From Vitrella brassicaformis CCMP3155 (lineage: Eukaryota > Protista > Chromerida): 24,059 bases of DNA. Positions 17,101 through 24,059 of this stretch are shown piece by piece. Position 1 is the stretch's first letter; each line of letters begins with the position of its first letter. Under the pieces are notes generated by a model. The model did no database searches. It saw only the letters and a program-made list of their open reading frames with translations, and was not told the DNA's origin. A program made the translations under genes and the position numbers. The stretch is from positions 1-24,059 of the forward strand of contig CDMY01000753.1 in the NCBI GenBank assembly GCA_001179505.1, read 5' to 3'.

Positions 17101-19788
17101 CGTCTCAAGAAGGAGCTCTGCAGTGAGCCCATCCTTCGCCTACCCGATTTCTCTAAGACATTCATCTTGAAGACAGACGCCAGTGACCGTGGAGTCGGTG
17201 GCGTGCTGGTTCAAGAGGATGCGGATGGAACAGAGCATCCTGTCCTTTATGTCTCTCGCAAGTTTAACGCCACGGAGGAGAAGTCCTGGTGGCCAACAGA
17301 GAAAGAGGCATTCGCTCTGTACTGGTGTGTGAAGACTCTTCGTCCTTACCTGGACGGGAGGCACTTCATCATCAAGACCGATCACTCTGCTTTGAAGTAC
17401 ATCAAAGCATGGAGAGAGATCAACCAGAAGGTCCAGAATTGGAGCCTGCTCCTCCAAGACATGGACTTTGAGGTGCGGCACAAGAAAGGCAAGCTGCATC
17501 GAGATGCTGACGCCATCTCGCGGCTCTGCGCCATGGCTGCCAAAGCTTGTGGTTGCACAGAGGAAGAGTGGCGCTCGATGGTCAACACCATCGAGGAGGA
17601 CTTCGACGAAATGCCTGAAGAGGGCAGTCCGCTCTCAGCAGACATTCTGAGAAGTGAAGCGTCCGCTCATTGGCCAAGTGATGAAGAGATCATCACTTTG
17701 CAACGAAACGATGAAGAGCTGGGTCAAACATGTGAGTATCTGACCACGGGCAAGGAACCAAGCGACGAGAAAATCGCAAGGATGGTCCGCTCGGGCTCTT
17801 ACGAGTTTTCGTTGATCGATAGAAAATTATTCCGAATTTTCCGAGCACCCAGCAGAGGGATAACGCCGTGTCTCGTTGTTCCTCCGCCTCTTCGCGAGAA
17901 GGTGCTCTACGAGAATCACGGCCATGTGTTGGCTGGCCATCTCGGTCTCCAGAGAACTGTGTCTCGCATTTCTCTGCGATACTGGTGGAGAGGCATGTAT
18001 GACGACATTAAGAGATGGGTCATGAATTGTCCAGTGTGTCGTGCGGCGCGACAGCGCCCGACGACTCACTGGCCTCTCAAACCCATCCCGGTGACTCGTG
18101 CGTTTGAGTTGGTCGGCATGGATATTGTTGGACCGCTGCCTGAGTCACACAATGGCAATCGTTACATGCTTGTCTTCATGGATTACCTGACAAAATGGCC
18201 TGAGGTATTTCCGATGAAGGACATGACGGCTCTCGCTGTCGCTGAGTGCTTGGCTTGGTTTGTTGCCCAGCATTCAGTGCCGAAAGCCATTTTGATTGAC
18301 CAGGGCTCGCAGTTGAAGTCGAAGGAGCTTCAGAAAATCTGCGATGTCTATGGCATACACCACAAATATACAACACCAGCACATCCAGAGACGGATGGCT
18401 TGGTGGAGCGATTCAACCAAACCCTTGTCCACCAACTCAAGAAGCTGGTAGACATGAAGGAGAATCGCTGGGAGAAATATCTTCCGTATGTGTTGTTTGC
18501 TTACCGTGTCACCACGCAGCAGAGCACGAACCATACGCGGTTTGAGATGGTGATGGGTCGACAAGCTCGTCTGCCGGGTGATCAGTCTTTGGTTGCAATG
18601 GACATGCTGTCCGGCATTGAACCAGAAGACTATGTCGAGGTGCTGCGCGAAGGCCTCGAGATCCTGCACAAGGAGGCTCGGGAGAACATCGCAAAGCAGC
18701 AAGAGAAGATGGCCCAAAAGTCAGCTTGGGCCGCAGAGAAGCTGCCCCGATATGAGATCGGGCAGATGGTTCGTCTCCATTTGAAGCAGATTCCGAAAGG
18801 AACCAGCTCGAAATTCGCTCTCCCTTGGCGAGCGATTTTCCGAGTCGTCGACGGCTTCAACAATGGATTGAACTACCGCATTCAGCCTCTTGGTGGACAA
18901 CAGGTGATGAATGTGCATGTCTCTCGCTTGGCACCCGCTTATAAAAGCAAATGGCTCCAGGAATCCCCTGAGAAGCCAGAGAGCTTTAAGCAGGTGACCA
19001 TCGAACACAGGCCCACCGCACCAGCGAACGTCTTGGACGAGACGGACACCGGTGAGGTGTGGGAAGTGCAAGAGATACTCGATATGCGCACCAGGAGAGA
19101 CGGGCGCCGCGACTATCTCGTCAAGTGGAATCTCCTGCCGCGTAGCTTGGCGGAGTGGATTCCAGAAGAACAGCTCTTCTGTCCGAAGCTCTGCAGTGAC
19201 TTCGAACGGAGAAAGAGAATGATCGATGCGAAGAAGCAATCAGAGCGGTACGTGAAAGCTCAAGCTGTAGCTGCAAGTCGCGCCAAAGTTGGCGGCCTTG
19301 ACTTCACTGAGACGCCCAGATTGCAGCAAGAGCCTGCAAAAGGAAAGCAACCGACCTTTGAGCAGATCAAAGTGGGCCAGGTTCTCCTTTTGTTTCATCC
19401 TGAGTCGCATGGCATTTACTACGTGAATGTGTTGGCAAAGGATGGAGACGGCATTGAAGCTCGCTATCTGCCGAAGAGCTCGAAGGTAGAGGTCGAGCAG
19501 GGCAAGTTCAGACACCCTGCTGGATACTCCACTCGCTTCTCGCGCAGAGAGCTTGAGAAACACTACACTTGGCGGATCATGGGAGACGCCGAAGTGCGAG
19601 CCCTTCCCAAAAGGAAGGCACTGAAGATTCCTGCTCCTCCTCAGGCAGCGCAAGCGCCCCCTGCATCACAGCATGCCGGGGCCGCACAACAAAGAGCGGC
19701 GTCGACGGAGCGTAGAACCTCGCAGAGACTCGCTGACAGGCGGGCTGCGCAGAGTTCATCGTCGACCGAGGACGCTCGACGTCAATGA
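14104..19788 (+). CDS. pol: Pol polyprotein: PR-RT-RNase H-integrase-chromodomain (1894 aa open)
   Basis: LVDTGA (14641-14658); RT motifs SPYCAPVVLV, VDYRPLN, LDLAKGFHQI, PMGLSNS, YLDD (16723); RNase H TDASD, EKEA, TDH; integrase HGHVLAGH...CPVC, MDIVG, DQG, DGLVERFN. Confidence 0.97.
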   Translation: MLYDSLNEGRILDEMLRSGYREWETVSLKAFCQHVLTFLSWLLLAAVAFMHGVSGSNTIVSSIFSLFTGLASLLAQRPKQFIRTDKLEGCRLHAYRAACGLTSFFSFVPLTWVALIVAFCSALMSCHALAGLEGGRSAVLACMDQQGNKTFLSSVEGTGFRLTTSVWLGSRKRGDSVSALVDTGADNSYMSFSLYRTLRQFGIVDDLQPTWRRPYSEGGLPLKAKGKVRLTLAHPESMAGVTPIYFDVTVVENMTTDLILGGDFLHYHCRNIDIQNMKLYLSRWSPMCLFHARAVSPDMRGSAASRLTKDLSRRGLDRHSPATSIVSSIEGQKSKKAQRKPKVRLQGGMPVARASASHSIPAWTMAVVEAELPDSDLSEGTEGLIEPLRCCPFQQRLCVANALVTVRTAHLTVKNTDRKRKATVVYVPVANFSPRPVKIQIGTEIGKFVPMQLIKHENVMPVMDKATYRVRDKSLLEGLDLPSFATVEEDSSLGKDEKGRDIAEVLYTNCPFVKPETDEIAAVATHLSKADAVETHVIDPDCCVSAVASFPSKGDVDEDELPDAQRVVSPDHPLAPDPSDDDPIIEDETEEQNEPVQGSHDDPVIQENPDLSRSRDGTWLHSSPDPKETDEPPVQEFARREDSPNFSRVGARQYVKEDLSHVDKINFLVYPEDKHGQTQTQKAIIHSLACEFEDCFSSEKIPYGKGKLVYHYIEVKGQPPYEPARNRRSPAKAAEEQRQVDDMLKEGMIRPSSSPYCAPVVLVRKKDPNQWRLVVDYRPLNAQTVLDNFVLPRIDETLDALAGHSWFATLDLAKGFHQIPMAECDKHKTAFAVAGRGQFEYEFLPMGLSNSVATCQRFMEVCLAGLQWQTCLVYLDDICVMARSHEELCTRLREVFERVRAANIRFKPSKCVLGTRRIDYLGHSVTAKGVKPLKEKIQAVADFQLPSNKKELHSFVGLCQYYRRFVQDFAVIAAPLTDKLSAKAPDKFAWTSEMREAFYRLKKELCSEPILRLPDFSKTFILKTDASDRGVGGVLVQEDADGTEHPVLYVSRKFNATEEKSWWPTEKEAFALYWCVKTLRPYLDGRHFIIKTDHSALKYIKAWREINQKVQNWSLLLQDMDFEVRHKKGKLHRDADAISRLCAMAAKACGCTEEEWRSMVNTIEEDFDEMPEEGSPLSADILRSEASAHWPSDEEIITLQRNDEELGQTCEYLTTGKEPSDEKIARMVRSGSYEFSLIDRKLFRIFRAPSRGITPCLVVPPPLREKVLYENHGHVLAGHLGLQRTVSRISLRYWWRGMYDDIKRWVMNCPVCRAARQRPTTHWPLKPIPVTRAFELVGMDIVGPLPESHNGNRYMLVFMDYLTKWPEVFPMKDMTALAVAECLAWFVAQHSVPKAILIDQGSQLKSKELQKICDVYGIHHKYTTPAHPETDGLVERFNQTLVHQLKKLVDMKENRWEKYLPYVLFAYRVTTQQSTNHTRFEMVMGRQARLPGDQSLVAMDMLSGIEPEDYVEVLREGLEILHKEARENIAKQQEKMAQKSAWAAEKLPRYEIGQMVRLHLKQIPKGTSSKFALPWRAIFRVVDGFNNGLNYRIQPLGGQQVMNVHVSRLAPAYKSKWLQESPEKPESFKQVTIEHRPTAPANVLDETDTGEVWEVQEILDMRTRRDGRRDYLVKWNLLPRSLAEWIPEEQLFCPKLCSDFERRKRMIDAKKQSERYVKAQAVAASRAKVGGLDFTETPRLQQEPAKGKQPTFEQIKVGQVLLLFHPESHGIYYVNVLAKDGDGIEARYLPKSSKVEVEQGKFRHPAGYSTRFSRRELEKHYTWRIMGDAEVRALPKRKALKIPAPPQAAQAPPASQHAGAAQQRAASTERRTSQRLADRRAAQSSSSTEDARRQ
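14590..14960 (+). other. Retroviral-type aspartic protease domain
   Basis: ALVDTGADNSYMS and DLILGGDFL motifs. Confidence 0.92.
16340..16885 (+). other. Reverse transcriptase domain
   Basis: Ty3/Gypsy RT motifs with catalytic YLDD. Confidence 0.97.
17155..17520 (+). other. RNase H domain
   Basis: FILKTDAS...EKEAFAL...IKTDHSAL...ADAISR. Confidence 0.95.
17900..18920 (+). other. Integrase (HHCC zinc finger, DDE core, degenerate GPY/F module)
   Basis: H-x4-H...CPVC; GMDIVG / IDQGS / LVERFN; KFALPWRAIFRV...NYRI at the GPY/F position. Confidence 0.95.
19051..19206 (+). other. Chromodomain
   Basis: EVWEVQEILDMR...YLVKW...EWIPEEQL..KLCSDF matches the chromodomain pattern. Confidence 0.9.
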
Positions 19789-19797
19789 GGGGCGAGC
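19787..19797 (+). promoter_or_regulatory. Polypurine tract
   Basis: GAGGGGCGAGC abuts the 3' LTR and overlaps the pol stop codon. Confidence 0.75.
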
Positions 19798-21933
19798 TGT
19801 GGTGAGGTGCTCCCTCCCCACTGACTCATTGATTCTTTTTTCGAAGTACTTTTCGTTTCCCGCCACAGGTGCTCTAAGCCCTGTGCAAGGCGCCCTCCGA
19901 AGCAAATGCTTCGGAGACGGCTGAATTCTTTTCTTGTCTACATAACTGTAGCCTACATATCTGCAGCTCTGCCCTTCGTGCCCCGTCGCCGTCGAATTCG
20001 TTTCATGTATGCACTGCATGTTGTCTGCTGGGGGGCTGGCTGTCTGACTGGCTGACTGGGGAAATGGATGGAAATCGATGGGAAGGAAGGACTCGTTTTT
20101 CCGATGTACAGGCAGTGCCGCCCATCTGTGGGTTTACTTTGTCGATTGGTACTGGTTTGCGCCCGCGAGCGCTCGTCGAGTGACGAAATGACTGTCTGAA
20201 GAAGCGTCTGAGACACGCCTTGTTTGCTTTGATTGGAGTCTGTACGAGAGAGGAGAGGTGCTCTGCTTATTTCTGTGAGGGCCTATGTATTTACTTCATG
20301 AAAGAAAGGCCGAGCAAGGGGAGACAGGAGTGCACAGGCTCGAGAAAGAAGGCTGGCCGTGGCTGAGTTGTGTCGAGAGATGTGTAAATGCATGCGGGTC
20401 TGCATGCATACTCGCTGGTTTTACAAGGTGTACGCTAGTTGTACAGGGTGCGTACATAACGCCGTACGCACTGTAGAGCAAGGACATTTTTCGAATGCTC
20501 CGACTCTCCTTCATCACCCCCATTCCACTTCCAGTCCACTCGTGTGACTTCTGTCTTTGGTGCTTCTTCGTGCGGACAAAGCGACTTCGTTTGGTTTGAG
20601 TGAAAGAGACGTGTCGTTGTTGTCTGTCTTGCATCTGCGGAGGTGTTCCTCGAGCAGTCTTATTCCCTCGTGGCCTTTCTCGGCGTCTCGGAGCGGTCTT
20701 GGGCGTCAGGAGCGGCTGCAAAGAGCTCAGGTATGACATTGACTGGCTGCGCTTGTGTGTGTGTGCTGGTCTGTGTCAGTGCTGAATGCGCCTGAGGTAA
20801 TCGGATGCCATCGGAGCGGGAGGCGGACCTCACGGATCCGGGACGTGCTCGCCTGAGTCGCGGTTCCTCAGGGTAAATGGCATGTACTGCCTGATGGGAC
20901 GCCGCCTGTGGCTTCGTAAGAGCGAGTTGTACGCCCGTGAGGAGCCGAGACGCCTCGCTGACGGCGATCTGCTGAACGGGCTGCAAGAGAACACTCCGTT
21001 GAGGATGTTCTTGTGAGCTTCCGTATGCGATGAAGCAGAGTGGCAACAAAGGNNNNNNNNNNNNNNNNNNNNNNNNNNNNNNNNNNNNNNNNNNNNNNNN
21101 NNNNNNNNNNNNNNNNNNNNNNNNNNNNNNNNNNNNNNNNNNNNNNNNNNNNNNNNNNNNNNNNNNNNNNNNNNNNNNNNNNNNNNNNNNNNNNNNNNNN
21201 NNNNNNNNNNNNNNNNNNNNNNNNNNNNNNNNNNNNNNNNNNNNNNNNNNNNNNNNNNNNNNNNNNNNNNNNNNNNNNNNNNNNNNNNNNNNNNNNNNNN
21301 NNNNNNNNNNNNNNNNNNNNNNNNNNNNNNNNNNNNNNNNNNNNNNNNNNNNTCTTGTGAGCTTCCGTATGCGATGAAGCAGAGTGGCAACAAAGGAGAC
21401 ATGGTGCGGCCATGCTCGCTTTGTGTGTCTTGGACGGCCGAACGAAAGCAATGAGAGAGTGACTCATTGACTTGTCGTTCTGTGCCTGGTCGACGGTGTG
21501 TTGACGAGATAGAGAGAAGACAGTGATTTTTCCCTCTCGACGGACGGAATGTCTCTGTATGGTACGTATGGCTTCATGGCATCCCACCAGCCCTTCGTGT
21601 CTCTCTTGTAAGCTGAGACTCAGACCTCCCTTGTGAAGGTGTGGTGAATGGTTGCGTATATGATGTGATGCGATTGGTCATCCTCATATTCGTTATTGAG
21701 CTGCGCTGGATGGAGACATGCATCGAATGCAAGGTCCCTCATCGTGTGTCGGCTGGATCGGTTTGTACTTGATGATCGATCAATCCCTCTCGCCCACACG
21801 ACCCTTTACATACGCTCGTGAACCATTCGTGCGACGATGGGTCCTCGTTTGTTAATTACCGGCATGCATTCACTACACACGGTGGATGTCTTGTGTGTAC
21901 GTCACTCACACATCACTATCCCACCTCATGACA
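19798..21933 (+). repeat. 3' LTR (about 1792 bp once the spurious gap and duplication are removed)
   Basis: Same termini as the 5' LTR. About 26 differences by manual comparison, including an 11-bp deletion near 20865. Confidence 0.97.
21053..21352. other. Assembly gap (300 N) with overlapping flanks
   Basis: 21009-21052 is identical to 21353-21396, while the 5' LTR has this 44-bp segment only once. Confidence 0.95.
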
Positions 21934-23234
21934 CATCCATCCGTGCCTCAGTCCTCACTCTCGACAGCCTCTGCTGCGGCCGGAGGCAGGAGGAGCAGAG
22001 GACGCCGCTGCTGCAGCATCACGAACGGAGATGCCCACCATAACTTCAGCCCTACACGCACGAGAGCTAGCAGCCACCACACGCTTCAGTACTCGCCTTT
22101 GCCTCCTGCCTCACGTGCCATGGTCTGCTCTCTTCCCGTGGAGATCTGCCTGCCTTCCTATTACCGTGGATGAGGGAAGATGGGTGGAATTGGCGCCCGT
22201 CCGATGCAGAGGATGAGGTGAAGGCCGACAGACTAAAGATCCAAGGAGGGGATGGATGTTGCCCTGCCCGACACGCCGCTTGCTGCTGGATGCGTAGGGA
22301 TATTCACAGGTTCAAATCACCTGAGTCTTTGTCCATTCACGCCATGCCGACACAGCATCGCAAGGGAAAAAGGTCTCTTTTCGGCTCGTCTACCGATTAC
22401 AAAAGTGTTATGTTTTCGGGACTTCCGCGGTTATGTGTCCCTTTTCCGTGGCTCGACCAGTGAATACACGCCCCGCGAAAACGAAAAAAAGCCCGTCCTA
22501 GCCTGGAGACACGAGTAGCGAAAGAAACCGACGGGAGACATGCAGACAGACCGACAGACACCCACCAAGGAAAATGAGTTTGGCATCCTGTGCAAATGCC
22601 ATTACCAACCGTCACCATCGTCACAGGTGAGGGAGGAGGTGTAGTAGAGAGGCAGAAGACCCAGGAAAAGCCACCCTGGTGGGTGATCAAGAGGGAGGGA
22701 AGAGGGAGAGACAAGCACCCACACGGGGCACTGCCAGCAGGAAGTGGCCACGGCCGCCAAAACAACAAGGAATGGGCCTCGGCAGACAGTATAGAGGGTG
22801 GACTAACACAAGGAAGGCCCTCGAGGGCTTTTGATCCACGAGACGCCTTGGCCCCCATTGCATGCATGCGTGGCCCCACGGGGAGTTCGAGACTTTCTCG
22901 CGTCAAACCACTGCAAAAGCTCGCAGCAGCAGCGGTCGTCTGTTGCTCCTTCCTGTGACCTCTCAGCTCGTGCTGGGAGGAGGAGGGTGTGTGTAGTTGT
23001 TGGTCCGTAAGCAGCTCATCAACTGCGAGACCTTCAGTGGCGAGTGAGCATCGTCATGTCAGGCGAGGCGAAGGAGGGGGAAGTGGTGCATCCCCCTGGA
23101 GGAGAGGGCACATAAGAGCAACCTCCAAAGCAGCAGAACACGGTGGGATGCACATACATGCTCACTTGCACATGCCTTTGTGCACCACGGGCTTTCCCAG
23201 AGAGAGAGAAGAGCCATGCATGGCAGCATGCGTG

Positions 23235-23300
23235 TACAGTGGGCCTCGGATAAATGGGACCCTGCTTATATGGGAAAATCGTTATATGGGAAAATCCCAT
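23235..23300 (+). mobile_element. Probable left end of a Tc1/mariner pogo/Tigger-type element or MITE
   Basis: TA followed by CAGTGGGCCTCGGATAAATGGGA, then two TTATATGGGAAAATC repeats. No matching right end found in the window. Confidence 0.45.
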
Positions 23301-24059
23301 TCAACCGATGTACATTCTGTTGTGCATTTTTCAAGCCGGTGACATTCATTCATTGTGAGCCGTCGCAATGACCTGCATGTGGTCAGCGTGCCTCACTGAT
23401 TACTGTGAACCAAATTTCACCGTCAAACAACCACAAACAGCCGAGATCGGGGCCGCTGAAGTGAAGCCAAGCAAGCACAAGAGAAGCAGCGAAGCAAACA
23501 AGCTGCGGAGCGGCATGAACGGCTTGCCTTTGAGCCCACAGTAGCATTTGCAGTGAGACAGCGAGTCAAAAACCATCGTCAGACGAGCAAGAGGCCGCCT
23601 GCGGCCCTCCTCACCAGCGGAGTGAGGAGGGCTACTCAGAGTCTCAAGAGCCTCTCACAGCAAACTGAGCGGTTCTGACAAACCGCCACCTTTTTGAGCA
23701 TGTCGCAAGACAATACCGATTTCGGCGCACAGCCACACACAGACCCGTTCTCACAAATCCGAGCTGCCTATGTTTTCGGGCTTCCTCTGGGGCACTTAAC
23801 AAACGAAAGACCTGGCCGATTGGCCTTCTCGTTCTTGCGCTAGAAGCGATTTTGTGCCGGCAGATGTCGACAAATAGGCCGTCACGTAGACCTAAGGAAA
23901 ACTCCACACAGAACACGTTTCTCGTGTCAGAAGTGCAAGTCGGTCCAGGGTTTAGGGTCTAGGGTTCATAGACCGACGATCCACTGATCTGTGAGACAGG
24001 ACGGCTGTTGAGTCTTTGTCCGTTCCATGAGACAGGCCATGGCGGACAGGACGTCAGAC

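Larger units (their letters stand above)
9000..21933 (+). mobile_element. Full-length Ty3/Gypsy (Metaviridae) chromodomain-bearing LTR retrotransposon
   Basis: Paired LTRs with TG...CA ends, 4-bp TSD CATC (8996-8999; 21934-21937), PBS, gag, PR-RT-RH-IN order and a PPT. Confidence 0.97.

Noticed and set aside
11040-19759. Many minus-strand ORFs across gag/pol (e.g. 11428-12039, 18721-19239)
   Set aside because: Antisense shadows of GC-rich coding sequence.
19788-19797. env gene 3' of integrase
   Set aside because: The pol stop overlaps the PPT, leaving no space.
20660-21587. Long ORFs containing X runs
   Set aside because: Artefacts of translating through the N gap.
22170-23400. Short ORFs in the right flank (e.g. 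22590-22958, 22989-23342)
   Set aside because: No recognisable motifs or consistent exon chain; one GTGAG donor at ~22627 is not enough to call a gene.
23965-23990. Right TIR partner for the pogo-like end (ccgacgatccactg)
   Set aside because: Only CAGTGG and TCGG match, and the flank is AT rather than TA.

Overview
Eukaryotic, moderately GC-rich, transposon-dense DNA. Spliceosomal GTGAGT/GTAAGG donors, poly-Ala coding runs and a TTTAGGG-like motif suggest an intron-rich protist, possibly a chromerid such as Vitrella (a guess I cannot verify here). Two large elements dominate. (1) A Ty3/Gypsy (Metaviridae) LTR retrotransposon at 9000-21933 has ~1.8 kb LTRs, a CATC target-site duplication, a tRNA-Asp-type PBS, gag, a predicted -1 frameshift signal and PR-RT-RH-IN-chromodomain pol. 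Its unusual parts are a multi-transmembrane region between Gag and protease, a dUTPase-like relic, and a second Tudor/chromo-barrel-like domain after the integrase chromodomain. (2) A degraded DNA transposon at ~2434-8678 has ~300 bp TIRs and a frameshifted ~1100-codon RAG1/Transib/Chapaev-like DDE transposase. It carries a convergent second coding fragment, and its left TIR is split by a nested 1.3 kb CAC...GTG element. The flanks hold inverted modular pentamer arrays, a probable pogo-type element end and a spurious 300-N assembly gap. All domain calls are by-eye motif recognition; no searches were run.
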